A model generated the notes under the pieces. It had not been told where the DNA came from, did not search any database, and saw nothing but the letters and a program-made list of their open reading frames with translations. From positions 115,841 to 179,840 of the forward strand of contig NZ_CALEJS010000032.1 of the NCBI RefSeq assembly GCF_937898475.1: 64,000 bases of DNA, in the 5' to 3' direction. Position 1 is the first letter of the stretch, and the number at the start of each line of letters is the position of its first letter. Both the position numbers and the translations under genes were made by a program. Positions 27,301-36,973 of the stretch are shown in pieces. This DNA comes from an uncultured Chitinophaga sp. (lineage in GTDB: Bacteria > Bacteroidota > Bacteroidia > Chitinophagales > Chitinophagaceae).

Positions 27301-30246
27301 ATGACAATTCTTAAAAGAGCGATCTTCCTGCTTCTTTTGTCCTGTACCTTGCACTCAACCAGCAACGCACAGGCTAATTATCAATGGAAGGAAGGAAATT
27401 CCGGAGGCTATACCTACAGGTATGTTACGGACGACCCCATGCAGGCCCGTTTCTATACCCTGAAGAACGGCCTCACCGTTGTGTTAAGCGTGAACAAGAA
27501 AGAACCCCGCATCCAGACCTTAATAGGGGTACGCGCAGGCAGTAATAACGATCCGGCAGATCACACCGGTCTTGCCCACTACCTGGAGCACCTGCTGTTC
27601 AAAGGGACCGATAAATTCGGCTCGCTGGACTGGGAGAAGGAAAAGTCTTACCTGAACGAAATAGAAGGCCTGTATGATACCTATAATCATACCAGCGGCA
27701 ACGATGCCCGCAAGGCAGTGTATCACAAGATAGACAGTGTTTCCGGACTGGCCGCCAAATACGCCATTGCCAATGAGTATGATAAGATGATGACGGGCAT
27801 GGGCGCCCAGGGTACCAATGCGCATACCTGGGTAGAAGAAACCATCTACGAGGAAGACATTCCGTCCAACGCCGTAGATAAATACCTTGCCGTGCAGAGT
27901 GAACGCTTCCGCCAGCCTATCTTCCGCCTTTTCCATACCGAGCTGGAAGCCGTGTATGAAGAGAAGAACCGCGGCCTGGATAATGATGGCCGTAAGATGT
28001 ATGAAACCATGCTGGCGGCACTGTTCCCCACGCATAACTACGGACAGCAGTCTACCATTGGTACCGTGGAGCACCTGAAAAACCCGAACCTGAAATCGAT
28101 CCGGGATTTCTATGAAGCATACTACGTGCCTAACAATATGGCCATTGTAATGGCCGGCGATTTTGATCCGGATTACGTGATCAAAAAGATAGATCAGCAG
28201 TTTGCCTACATGCAGCCCAAACCTGTGAAGGAATACAAAGCTGCACCTGAAGCGCCAATCACCTCGCCTGTAGTAAAAGAAGTGTTTGGGCCTGATGCAG
28301 AGAACGTGAACATCGCCTTCCGCATGCCCGGCGCAACAGACGTACAGTCTACCGTACTGCTCCAGGTACTGAGCCAGATACTGAATAATGGTAAGGCCGG
28401 CCTGCTGGACCTCAACATCAATAAACAACAGAAAGTGCTGAACGCAGGCGTTAGCCAGCTGCAATGGAAAGACTATACTGTTTTTGCATTGAGCGGTAAA
28501 GCCAAGCAGGGCCAGACCCTGGAAGAAGTGAAAGACCTGCTGCTTGGGCAGCTGGAGATACTGAAGAAGGGAGAGTTTGACGAATCACTGGTAAAAGCCA
28601 TCGTTAACAACGCCAAGCTGTCTGAATTACAGGGCCTGGAAAGGAACGACAACCGTGCCAACACGATTATGGACGGCTTCATCAAGCACAGGGGAGAAAA
28701 CTGGCTGAGCGATGTGAAGATGATAGACGATATGAGTAAGGTTACCAAACAGCAGATCGTTGATTTTGCCAACAAGTACCTGAACAATAACTATGTGCTG
28801 GTGTACAAACGCAAAGGCGAAGACAAGAACATCCAGAAAGTGCTGAAGCCTGCTATTACACCGGTAGAAGTGAACCGCGAAGCGCAGTCGCCCTTCCTGC
28901 AGTCTATTGCCGCCATTCCCGCCACACCGGTGAAACCGCAATGGCTGGATTACAGCAAGGATATACAGAAAAGCAAGATCGGTCCTGCAGAAGTACTGTA
29001 TGTACAGAATAAAGCCAATGACCTGTTCCGCCTGTACTACCGTTTTGACATGGGCAGCTGGAACAATAAAAAACTGCCGCTGGCAGCACAGTACCTGCAA
29101 TTCCTGGGAACAGATAAATACACTACAGAAGAGATCAGCAGGCAGTTCTATAACATTGCCTGTAACTTCAACGTGTCATCCGGTACAGATGTAACGATGA
29201 TCACTATTTCCGGTCTGCAGGAAAATTTTGATAAGGCAGTAGAGCTGTTTGATCACCTGCTTACACACTGTCAGCCGAATGAAGAAGCCCTGGCAGCACT
29301 CAAGGGACGCCTGCTGAAAGCGCGTACAGATAATAAGCTGAGCAAGGTAGCCATTATGCGGGGCCTGGTACAGTATGGCATGTATGGTTCTAAGAACCCG
29401 TACAACAACCAGCTGAGCAAAGAAGAGCTGGATGGCCTTACTTCTGCAGAGCTGACAGAGATACTGCATACCCTGCCATCTTACAAGCATACCGTTATTT
29501 ACTATGGTCCGCAATCACTGGCTAACGCCACTGCTGCCGTTAAGAAGCTGCACCCCATACCGGCTGCCTTCAAAGCTGCACCGGAAGCCGTGAAATTTGC
29601 AAAGAGCACGCAGGCCAGCAACCAGGTATTGTTTGCAGACTATGATATGGTACAGGCAGAGGTGAACTGGGTACGGAACAATGGCAACTTCAACCCCTCC
29701 AACACCGCGGTGGTGAACCTGTTCAACAACTACTTCGGCGGCGGCATGGGTTCTATCGTATTCCAGACCATCCGCGAATCAAAAGCGCTGGCTTACTCTA
29801 CCTACGCTTTCTATGTGCAGCCTGATAAAAAGGAAGATCGTTATTCTGTTGTGGCCTACGTAGGCAGCCAGGCAGATAAAATGAACGAAGCGATCAACGG
29901 CATGAACGAACTGCTGAATGATATTCCGCGTTCTGACAAGCTGCTGGAAACCGCCAAGGAAAGCCTCAAGCAGGATATCGAAACACAACGTATCACGCAG
30001 GACGGTATCATATTCAGCTATCTCAATGCGCAGAAACTGGGACTGAACACTGACTACCGTAAAGACGTATACGCAGCTGTTGATAAACTGAATTTTGATA
30101 ACGTGAAACAGTTCCATGATGAGAACCTGGCCAATAAGCCTTACACTTATTGCATACTGGGTTCTGAAAAGAACATCAACCTGGATGATCTCAAGAAATT
30201 CGGTGAAGTGAAGAAGGTAAGCCTGGAGGAGCTGTTTGGCTACTAA
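27301..30246 (+). CDS. M16-family (insulinase/pitrilysin-like) zinc peptidase, secreted
   Basis: 981 aa with a signal peptide and the inverted zinc motif HxxEH (HYLEHLLFKGT). The two-M16-pair architecture fits the length. Confidence 0.9.
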   Translation: MTILKRAIFLLLLSCTLHSTSNAQANYQWKEGNSGGYTYRYVTDDPMQARFYTLKNGLTVVLSVNKKEPRIQTLIGVRAGSNNDPADHTGLAHYLEHLLFKGTDKFGSLDWEKEKSYLNEIEGLYDTYNHTSGNDARKAVYHKIDSVSGLAAKYAIANEYDKMMTGMGAQGTNAHTWVEETIYEEDIPSNAVDKYLAVQSERFRQPIFRLFHTELEAVYEEKNRGLDNDGRKMYETMLAALFPTHNYGQQSTIGTVEHLKNPNLKSIRDFYEAYYVPNNMAIVMAGDFDPDYVIKKIDQQFAYMQPKPVKEYKAAPEAPITSPVVKEVFGPDAENVNIAFRMPGATDVQSTVLLQVLSQILNNGKAGLLDLNINKQQKVLNAGVSQLQWKDYTVFALSGKAKQGQTLEEVKDLLLGQLEILKKGEFDESLVKAIVNNAKLSELQGLERNDNRANTIMDGFIKHRGENWLSDVKMIDDMSKVTKQQIVDFANKYLNNNYVLVYKRKGEDKNIQKVLKPAITPVEVNREAQSPFLQSIAAIPATPVKPQWLDYSKDIQKSKIGPAEVLYVQNKANDLFRLYYRFDMGSWNNKKLPLAAQYLQFLGTDKYTTEEISRQFYNIACNFNVSSGTDVTMITISGLQENFDKAVELFDHLLTHCQPNEEALAALKGRLLKARTDNKLSKVAIMRGLVQYGMYGSKNPYNNQLSKEELDGLTSAELTEILHTLPSYKHTVIYYGPQSLANATAAVKKLHPIPAAFKAAPEAVKFAKSTQASNQVLFADYDMVQAEVNWVRNNGNFNPSNTAVVNLFNNYFGGGMGSIVFQTIRESKALAYSTYAFYVQPDKKEDRYSVVAYVGSQADKMNEAINGMNELLNDIPRSDKLLETAKESLKQDIETQRITQDGIIFSYLNAQKLGLNTDYRKDVYAAVDKLNFDNVKQFHDENLANKPYTYCILGSEKNINLDDLKKFGEVKKVSLEELFGY

Positions 30247-30255
30247 GCGTTGCGA

Positions 30256-30418
30256 ACACCAAACACCAAATTCCAAATTCCAAAATCCAGATTCCAAAAG
30301 CGAATACTAAAGGCGTCCCAAGTTCCGGTTCGGAATTTGGGACGCTTGTTTTATAGCAGGACATCCGTGCCACAACTTTGGAATTTGGTATTTGGAATTT
30401 GAAATTTGGTATTGTGTG
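30256..30418. repeat. About 160-bp imperfect palindrome built of ATTCCAAA-type words, enclosing a terminator hairpin
   Basis: The left arm caccaaacaccaaattccaaattccaaaatccagattccaaa (30256-30297) is compared with the reverse complement of the right arm, cacacaataccaaatttcaaattccaaataccaaattccaaa (30376-30418). About 35 of 42 positions match. Confidence 0.75.
30312..30352 (+). terminator. Intrinsic terminator of the M16 peptidase gene
   Basis: gcgtcccaa(g)ttccg gtt cggaa(t)ttgggacgc forms a stem of about 15 bp with loop gtt, followed by ttgtttta. Confidence 0.7.
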
Positions 30419-30471
30419 CACAATAAACTCTTAAGACCTTCGTTATCATAGAGCTAAAAAACCCTTGTGAG

Positions 30472-31035
30472 ATGCCGCGTTGTAGTTGGTTTAGTTTATT
30501 GCTGATATTATTGATACCCTTAAGCGGGTTTAATAATGAGAGCGGGTTGTACACCGTAAAACTGAGGCCGGATGATATTGATGCCGACAAAGTTTTCCTG
30601 CTGATAGATAAAAGCGATTACCGCTTATACCTGTATGAAGATGTAAAATTACGTAAGATCTATAAAGTGGTGTTCGGAAGCCGCAAGATGGCTGATAAGC
30701 TGATACAGGGCGACCGCCAGACACCGGAAGGCACTTTCCGCATCCAGGCTAAACGTTATGACGGGCGCTGGAGCAGGTTTATGTTGCTGGATTATCCTAA
30801 TGAAGCTTCCTGGGCAAAATTCCATCAGCGCCAGCAGCAGGGTTTGATTGGTCCCAATGCTGATATTGGCGGAGGGATCGGTATCCATGGGGTTGAATAT
30901 GCCTCCGGTATACGGGATGCTTATGTAGACAGCCGCATTAACTGGACACTGGGTTGTGTAAGCATGAAGAATGCGGATGTGAATGAGCTGTATGAGCTGC
31001 TTAAAATAGGAACGCCCGTGGTAATACGCCGCTGA
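30472..31035 (+). CDS. L,D-transpeptidase (YkuD-family) protein
   Basis: The catalytic His/Cys context is present: GIGIHGVEY...NWTLGCVSMKNADVNELYELL. Confidence 0.85.
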   Translation: MPRCSWFSLLLILLIPLSGFNNESGLYTVKLRPDDIDADKVFLLIDKSDYRLYLYEDVKLRKIYKVVFGSRKMADKLIQGDRQTPEGTFRIQAKRYDGRWSRFMLLDYPNEASWAKFHQRQQQGLIGPNADIGGGIGIHGVEYASGIRDAYVDSRINWTLGCVSMKNADVNELYELLKIGTPVVIRR

Positions 31036-31983
31036 TCATGGCTGATGAAGGAAGGCATTAACTGCAGCCGTCCATTTCTCTGTTTCATTCCTGTAAAAAG
31101 ACTGGTGCCCGGAGTGTTCAAACACTACGAGCTTTTTATTTGTGCTGCCCAGCTGGCGGAAGATGCTGTTGGTCTCATGTTCCATTACGCGGATATCGGT
31201 CCGTCCCCAGCAAAGCAGCACGGGCATATGCAGGTGCCTGGCATCATCCGCCGGCCTGAAGCCGGGGGCCCAGAAACCCTGTTCTATACCGCCCCAGAAA
31301 GTAATGATCTGGGCAAAGGGAGTGCCGGGCATGTGTACGGCCCACATGCGGCTTTTTACGGCATCTGTGAGGGTGGCAAAAGGCGCTTCCAGGATCACTT
31401 TATTGGGCTGCAGCTGGTACTGCGACACTGCTTTCAGGATAGCGGCGGCGCCCATGCTCATGCCCCAGAGTATGACCGGTGCTGTTGCGCGTTGACGTAC
31501 ATAATCATAAGCCAGCTTCACATCTTCCGCTTCCTTATAGCCCACACTGCAGGTATGGCCATCGCTGTTGCCATGTGCCCTGAAATCGAGCAGGAAGGTG
31601 TTATATCCCTGTTGGTGGAAATACAGGGCTTCGGGCAGTTTGGCCCCTTTGTTACTGCCGTAGCCGTGCAATAGTACCACGGTGCCTTTGGCCGTTTGGG
31701 CGGCAGGAATCCACCAGCCTTCCAGTTTCAGGCCATTGGCGGTTTTGAGACGCACGGTTTCATAGGCTACTTCCGGGAAGGCGCTGAGCACAGGTTTGGA
31801 AAGGTCTACACCAAACAATATGGTGCGGGTCTTTTCCCAGGTGCTCATTTGTTCGGGGCGTTTGTTGCGGTGCCCTGCATCATCATAAAAATGGGTGAAT
31901 TTCCAGGCATGAAAAGCCAGGATGATGTTGAACAGCATCAGCAGCACCAGTATAATGCGGAGTGCGCGCTTCAGGTATCTCAT
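31036..31983 (-). CDS. Alpha/beta-fold hydrolase with N-terminal membrane anchor
   Basis: LLHGYGSNKG and the nucleophile elbow GMSMGAAA (GxSxG) are present, with a C-terminal ...EHSGHQSF His motif. Confidence 0.8.
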   Translation of the reverse strand: MRYLKRALRIILVLLMLFNIILAFHAWKFTHFYDDAGHRNKRPEQMSTWEKTRTILFGVDLSKPVLSAFPEVAYETVRLKTANGLKLEGWWIPAAQTAKGTVVLLHGYGSNKGAKLPEALYFHQQGYNTFLLDFRAHGNSDGHTCSVGYKEAEDVKLAYDYVRQRATAPVILWGMSMGAAAILKAVSQYQLQPNKVILEAPFATLTDAVKSRMWAVHMPGTPFAQIITFWGGIEQGFWAPGFRPADDARHLHMPVLLCWGRTDIRVMEHETNSIFRQLGSTNKKLVVFEHSGHQSFYRNETEKWTAAVNAFLHQP

Positions 31984-32010
31984 AACTGATACAAAGGTAA
32001 GGACGACAGC

Positions 32011-32994
32011 TTAACGAATCCGTATCCGCCGCAGGGGTGTGCCCGGTTTAAGCGTGGTACGGATGAAGACATACATAATAACACAGGCAGCCAGCACGAT
32101 CCAGACCGGGAGGAGATAAGCCACCCAGGAAGCAAAATTGTCTTTTTTTGCGGCATTCTCTATGCCCTCGCTGATCATCAGCAGGTATACAAAATAAACT
32201 ACCGTGGTAAACAGCAGGAGCGCCCAAAGCGGGTAGCGGAGAAAACAGGCGCCCAGGAAAAGCCCCAGGGAGAAGAACAGCAGGAGGTAGATGGGTTGCT
32301 GAAAGCATCTCCAGCGCTGCTGCATATTGAGATCGATCTTGTTCTGTATGCGGTGCATCTCTTTCAGGAGCTCAAAGGTACCGGGTGGGTAAAAGCCATA
32401 ACGGGGATCAGCCACATAATGCCAGTTTACTTCTTCGGCGCTGATGTTAAGTGCGGTCAGGGTGTCCAGCCAGGTAAGGCTGTTGGCCTGGTCCCTGGAC
32501 ATGTATTTACCCACAGTGTCTATCAGTTGTTTCCTGGGTACGGCCAGCTCCTGGTGCAGTGGTTTGGCTGCCGCATATAATGCAAAGAGGCCCAGGGTAT
32601 CTGAGGGGGCGGCGGCATTGCGCAGCAGTTTAGCCTGCCGGAAGGACGCAGCCGGTTTGACAAAGGCCGTGAGCATAAAGGTGGTCAGCGCCATGGGCAG
32701 GAGAATGAGCAGAAAGCCGGGGAACAACCTGATGGGCTGCTGGTACCAGGACCTGGCCAATCCGCGGCCCGCAATGCCGGCTGCAAAGAAAGCCGCTGCA
32801 TTCAGGCATGCGATGGCGGCGTACAGTAATATCAGCGCCAGTAATTTCAGCAGCCGGAGAAAAGACAGGTGCCGGGCAGCCGGCAGGAGGGTATAAATGC
32901 AGTAAGCGGAGTATAGTACTGTCAGTATCGCCAGCACGATAGCGAACGGCCGCAACCAGTAACGGGAAAATAATTGCCAGGTGTGTTTGTTCAT
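32011..32994 (-). CDS. Multi-pass membrane protein (LptF/LptG-like 3TM-loop-3TM topology, uncertain)
   Basis: I prefer the ATG at 32994 (MNKHTWQLFSRYWLRPFAIVLAILTVLY). Hydrophobic helices flank a ~110-aa soluble loop. The family assignment is only a guess. Confidence 0.5.
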   Translation of the reverse strand: MNKHTWQLFSRYWLRPFAIVLAILTVLYSAYCIYTLLPAARHLSFLRLLKLLALILLYAAIACLNAAAFFAAGIAGRGLARSWYQQPIRLFPGFLLILLPMALTTFMLTAFVKPAASFRQAKLLRNAAAPSDTLGLFALYAAAKPLHQELAVPRKQLIDTVGKYMSRDQANSLTWLDTLTALNISAEEVNWHYVADPRYGFYPPGTFELLKEMHRIQNKIDLNMQQRWRCFQQPIYLLLFFSLGLFLGACFLRYPLWALLLFTTVVYFVYLLMISEGIENAAKKDNFASWVAYLLPVWIVLAACVIMYVFIRTTLKPGTPLRRIRIR

Positions 32995-33010
32995 AGGCGC
33001 TGGTAAAAAT

Positions 33011-33070
33011 AAAAAAAGTTGACAGTTGCCGGTTGGCAATCGTTTTTACTGGCAACCGGTAACTGTCAAC
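33011..33070 (-). terminator. Intrinsic terminator of acs
   Basis: The 21-nt arms gttgacagttgccggttggca / tggcaaccggtaactgtcaac (19/21 complementary) are followed by a T7 run on the - strand, 19 nt after the acs stop. Confidence 0.7.
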
Positions 33071-33088
33071 TGACAGCTGTGTACTTCC

Positions 33089-35002
33089 CTACAGCCTTCC
33101 GCGTTTGATCTCTTCCACCACTGCAGGATCCAGCAGGGTAGAGGTATCGCCCAGGTTGTCCAGCTCGCCTTCTGCTATTTTGCGCAGGATGCGGCGCATG
33201 ATCTTACCGGAGCGTGTTTTTGGAAGGCCGCTTACAAACTGTATCTTATCGGGTTTGGCAATGGGCCCGATAATGCGGGACACGGTCTGTATAATATCTT
33301 TTTTTGTCAGTTCAGCATCGTGGGTGGCTTTTTCTGCGATCACATAGGCATAGATGCCCTGGCCTTTAATATCATGCGGGTAGCCTACTACTGCGCTTTC
33401 TACTACGCCGGCGTGCATGTTGATGGCGTTTTCCACTTCGGCGGTGCCGATACGGTGGCCGCTTACATTCAGCACATCGTCTACGCGTCCGGTAATGCGG
33501 TAGTAACCGTCTTCATCGCGCAGGCAACCATCGCCGGTAAAGTACAGGTTATCGTAGGTAGCGAAATAGGTTTTGCGGCAGCGTTCATGATCGCCATAGG
33601 TGGTACGCAGCATACCGGGCCAGGGAAACTTGATACAGAGGTTGCCGTTCACGCCATTGCCCTCAATCTCTTTCCCGTTCTCATCCACCAGTATGGGTTG
33701 TATGCCAGGTAAAGGCAGGGTGGCGTAGCCGGGTTTTTCTTTGGTGATACCGGCTATGGGAGTGATCATAATACCGCCGGTTTCTGTTTGCCACCAGGTA
33801 TCTACGATCGGGCATTTATCTTTTCCGATCTGTGTTTTGAACCAGTGCCATGCTTCTTCGTTAATGGGTTCGCCTACACTGCCCAGTTTGCGGAGAGAGC
33901 TGAGGTCTTTATGATTTACCGGGCCCAGTCCGAAGCCCATCAGGCTGCGGATGGCGGTGGGAGCGGTGTACAGGATGTTGACCCTGAATTTATCCGTAAT
34001 GTCCCAGAGGCGGCCGGCATCGGGCCAGGTAGGCACCCCTTCAAACATCAGGGTGGTGGCGCCTGCGCTCAGGGGGCCGTAGAGGATATAGCTATGCCCG
34101 GTGATCCAGCCGATGTCTGCGGTACAGAAGTACACTTCGCCGGGCTGGTACTGGAAAGTATTTACAAAAGTGTAGTTGGCATATACCATGTAGCCGCCGC
34201 AGGTGTGCACTACACCTTTTGGTTTGCCGGTACTGCCGGAGGTGTAGAGGATGAAGAGGGTATCTTCTGCATCCATTTCCTCTGCAGGGGCAGGCGGGTT
34301 GCCCTGGGTTTCCACTGCCTTGATCTCATCTTCCCACCATACATCGCGGCCTTTGAGCATGCTCACCGGGGTGCGGGTACGGGTGCAAACGATCACGCGT
34401 TTTACGCTGGGGCAGGCCATCAGGGCATCGTCTATCACCGCTTTGAGAGGAATGTCTTTATTACCGCGGAAAGCGCCGTCGCAGGTGATTACCAGGCTGC
34501 ATTGCGCATCCTGTATCCTGTCTGCAATGGATTGTGCGCTGAAACCGCCGAATACTACGGAGTGGATGGCTCCCACCCGGGCGCAGGCCAGCACGGCAAT
34601 AGCCAGTTCGGGGATCATGCCCATGTAGATGCAGACACGATCGCCTTTTTTAACGCCGTTATTCTTCAATACGTTGGCAAACTGGCATACCTTGTTATAC
34701 AGTTCGCGATAGGTAAGGATGCGGTGGCGTTCTTCCGGATCGTTGGGTTCCCAGATAATAGCAGGAGTATTGCCTAGCGTACCCAGATGACGATCCAGGC
34801 AGTTTTCTGTGATATTCAGTTTACCGCCCTGGAACCATTTAATGTCAGGATCTTTAAAATTCCATTCCAGCACTTTATCCCATTGGCGGCGCCACATAAA
34901 GTTCTCTGCCACGTTGGCCCAGAAACCTTCCGGGTCTACTACGCTCTGGTGATAGGCTTGCTGATAGTCATCAAAACTGTTGATCTGATATGGGTAGGCC
35001 AT
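33089..35002 (-). CDS. acs: Acetyl-CoA synthetase (acetate--CoA ligase)
   Basis: 637 aa: FWANVAENFMWRRQWDKVLEWNF, the AMP-binding motif ILYTSGSTGKPKGVVHT, and the C-terminal SGLPKTRSGKIMRRILRKIA. Confidence 0.95.
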   Translation of the reverse strand: MAYPYQINSFDDYQQAYHQSVVDPEGFWANVAENFMWRRQWDKVLEWNFKDPDIKWFQGGKLNITENCLDRHLGTLGNTPAIIWEPNDPEERHRILTYRELYNKVCQFANVLKNNGVKKGDRVCIYMGMIPELAIAVLACARVGAIHSVVFGGFSAQSIADRIQDAQCSLVITCDGAFRGNKDIPLKAVIDDALMACPSVKRVIVCTRTRTPVSMLKGRDVWWEDEIKAVETQGNPPAPAEEMDAEDTLFILYTSGSTGKPKGVVHTCGGYMVYANYTFVNTFQYQPGEVYFCTADIGWITGHSYILYGPLSAGATTLMFEGVPTWPDAGRLWDITDKFRVNILYTAPTAIRSLMGFGLGPVNHKDLSSLRKLGSVGEPINEEAWHWFKTQIGKDKCPIVDTWWQTETGGIMITPIAGITKEKPGYATLPLPGIQPILVDENGKEIEGNGVNGNLCIKFPWPGMLRTTYGDHERCRKTYFATYDNLYFTGDGCLRDEDGYYRITGRVDDVLNVSGHRIGTAEVENAINMHAGVVESAVVGYPHDIKGQGIYAYVIAEKATHDAELTKKDIIQTVSRIIGPIAKPDKIQFVSGLPKTRSGKIMRRILRKIAEGELDNLGDTSTLLDPAVVEEIKRGRL

Positions 35003-35040
35003 AGCTGCTTTTTGTTTTTTGGTTACAACGGAGAGTAAAT

Positions 35041-36198
35041 TTATTTTCTTTTCTCCATTTCTCCCAGCCGCTGCTGTACATATTTGAAAACTGCGGGATC
35101 TTCTTCCCTGCGGGCCGCCATCAGCAGGTAGCGGCGGTAATGGCGTTTGGCCGCGGCAGGATCGCTGAGATGCTCGTCATAGATACGGGCAATGCTATAC
35201 TGGCGGAGCGGCTTGTGGAAGAGGTAGTAGGCGGTATCCAGGCAGGCGGTAGCTTTCCTATAGGCCTTCATATTTTCATAGTTGGCGCCCATGGCTGTGT
35301 AATAATCATCCAGGCTTCTGGATTTGGAAAGATCAATGCATTGCTGCAGCAACTCATTGCTGCGCGTATAGTCTTTCAATGCCGTACAGGCCATAGCGGC
35401 ATAGTACATGGTAGCTTCTGTATTTAGTTGCTGTTGCGTCAGGAAATCATTTACGTATATGCATTCCTGGTATTGCCGGTTATAATAGCAGGCGGCAGCT
35501 ACATATGTGTAGGCGGTGGCGGAGATCACTTTGAGGCGGATAAGACGCTGGCCCAGTGCGATGGCGCGGGGATAATCCTTTAAATAAAAAGCGTTCTTGA
35601 TGCCGGGGATGATGACAGCGGTTTGCAGGGAATCAGTGGCCAGGTAGGGCTGCAGGATGCTGTCTGCCGCAGCATAGCGTTGCTGGGTCATCCACTCTTC
35701 TGCCAGGCGGGCCACTACTTTGGCGTCTGCGGGGTTGAGGGCATAGGCTTTTTGCAGGCAGGCAAAGCCGCTATCCTGCATACGGGCGGCAAAGTATGCA
35801 AAGCTGAGCTGCCTGTAATAAAGCGCCTGCTGCGGCCGCAGGCTGATCAGCTTTTGATAATGGGGGATGGCCTGTACAGGATTTTCCTGTTGCATGAAGA
35901 TAGCCGCCAGGTATTGGTGCGCGGAAAGGTGCTGGCTGTCCAATTGCAGTATCTGCTGATAGGTTTGAATGGTTTCGGGCCATCTGCCCCATTGATAATA
36001 TGCATAGCCCAGGAGTGCCAGCTGACTGGTATTGGCGGGGTTTACGCGGTTCTGCAGGTATGCGGCTGCCTGATCATATTGCTGATCCTGGAACCAGCTT
36101 ACTACGAGGGCATTGTCTATACTATCTTTCTGCCGGGCTTTGGCAGGTGTAAAATAACAGGTGGTCAGTAGCAGGAATAAGAGTATAGGTTTGTACAT
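35041..36198 (-). CDS. Secreted TPR-repeat protein
   Basis: A signal peptide is followed by multiple TPR-like repeats (AYYQWGRWPETIQTYQQILQLDSQH...). Confidence 0.7.
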   Translation of the reverse strand: MYKPILLFLLLTTCYFTPAKARQKDSIDNALVVSWFQDQQYDQAAAYLQNRVNPANTSQLALLGYAYYQWGRWPETIQTYQQILQLDSQHLSAHQYLAAIFMQQENPVQAIPHYQKLISLRPQQALYYRQLSFAYFAARMQDSGFACLQKAYALNPADAKVVARLAEEWMTQQRYAAADSILQPYLATDSLQTAVIIPGIKNAFYLKDYPRAIALGQRLIRLKVISATAYTYVAAACYYNRQYQECIYVNDFLTQQQLNTEATMYYAAMACTALKDYTRSNELLQQCIDLSKSRSLDDYYTAMGANYENMKAYRKATACLDTAYYLFHKPLRQYSIARIYDEHLSDPAAAKRHYRRYLLMAARREEDPAVFKYVQQRLGEMEKRK

Positions 36199-36273
36199 GT
36201 TAAATCAGCTTTCCGCAAAACTAAGTATTTAGTTTATAAAAACGAAAAGTTTAGTTGGGGTGGTGGTGAGGGG

Positions 36274-36317
36274 AAAAAGAGAGGGCATCCCCCAGCTGGT
36301 GAATGCCCTCTCTTTTA
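36274..36317. terminator. Strong bidirectional terminator hairpin
   Basis: aaaagagagggcat / atgccctctctttt forms a 14-bp perfect stem with loop cccccagctggtga, just downstream of the 36335..36880 gene on the - strand. Confidence 0.7.
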
Positions 36318-36334
36318 TTGGAGAAATAGAAATG

Positions 36335-36880
36335 TTATTTTATTATTCTCAGACCGTAGGAGTGGCTGTTAACGCCTTTACTGGTATAGAACTCTTCGTA
36401 TTTAATGCTTTTGTTTCTATAGCAGAGATGGTCCCAAGTCATTGCAATGGTGCCTGAAGGGAAGTTTACGGTAACGGACAGGGTTGTATGCGCCGCATTG
36501 GTAAAGTCCCAGGTCAGGCTGCTCTGGCCGCCGTTATTATCCACATAAGTTCCTGTTTTGTCTGCTCTGAAAGTGATATACTCATTATCAAAGTTTTGTG
36601 TATTGGTGTTGGCGGTATTGCCTCTTTTGTAATACACGTTTGCATTACCGGTAACGCCTCTGATCTCCTGGATCTTCCAGCTGTTAGCTGTCAGGATCTC
36701 GGTGGTAACAGTAGTATCTACCGTTTTAATGGTATCTTTCACTGTAACGGTGTCGATCACTTTAATTGTATCCCGAACGGTGATAGTGTCATTTTCCTTT
36801 GTGCAGGAAACAAAGCCCACCTGCATGGTGGATAACGCAATGAATGTGGCGATGATGGAAAACCCGAAGAATTTTTTCAT
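36335..36880 (-). CDS. Lipocalin-like lipoprotein with five DT(I/V)x(V/T)x hexapeptide repeats
   Basis: Lipobox GFVSC, then DTITVR DTIKVI DTVTVK DTIKTV DTTVTT, then NSWKIQE..., typical of lipocalin-like domains. Confidence 0.65.
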   Translation of the reverse strand: MKKFFGFSIIATFIALSTMQVGFVSCTKENDTITVRDTIKVIDTVTVKDTIKTVDTTVTTEILTANSWKIQEIRGVTGNANVYYKRGNTANTNTQNFDNEYITFRADKTGTYVDNNGGQSSLTWDFTNAAHTTLSVTVNFPSGTIAMTWDHLCYRNKSIKYEEFYTSKGVNSHSYGLRIIK

Positions 36881-36973
36881 AGGTATATGTTCTTATTAAA
36901 ACCGCTGCAAGGTAAAATTTTTTTGCAGCACTACCATATTCCTTTCGTGTTAACCAATATCCGGGTACAGTGT

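Noticed and set aside
27520-28464. 314-aa - strand ORF inside the M16 peptidase gene
   Set aside because: It is an antisense shadow. The + strand frame carries HxxEH and spans 981 aa uninterrupted.
33788-34777. 329-aa + strand ORF inside acs
   Set aside because: It is an antisense shadow of acetyl-CoA synthetase.
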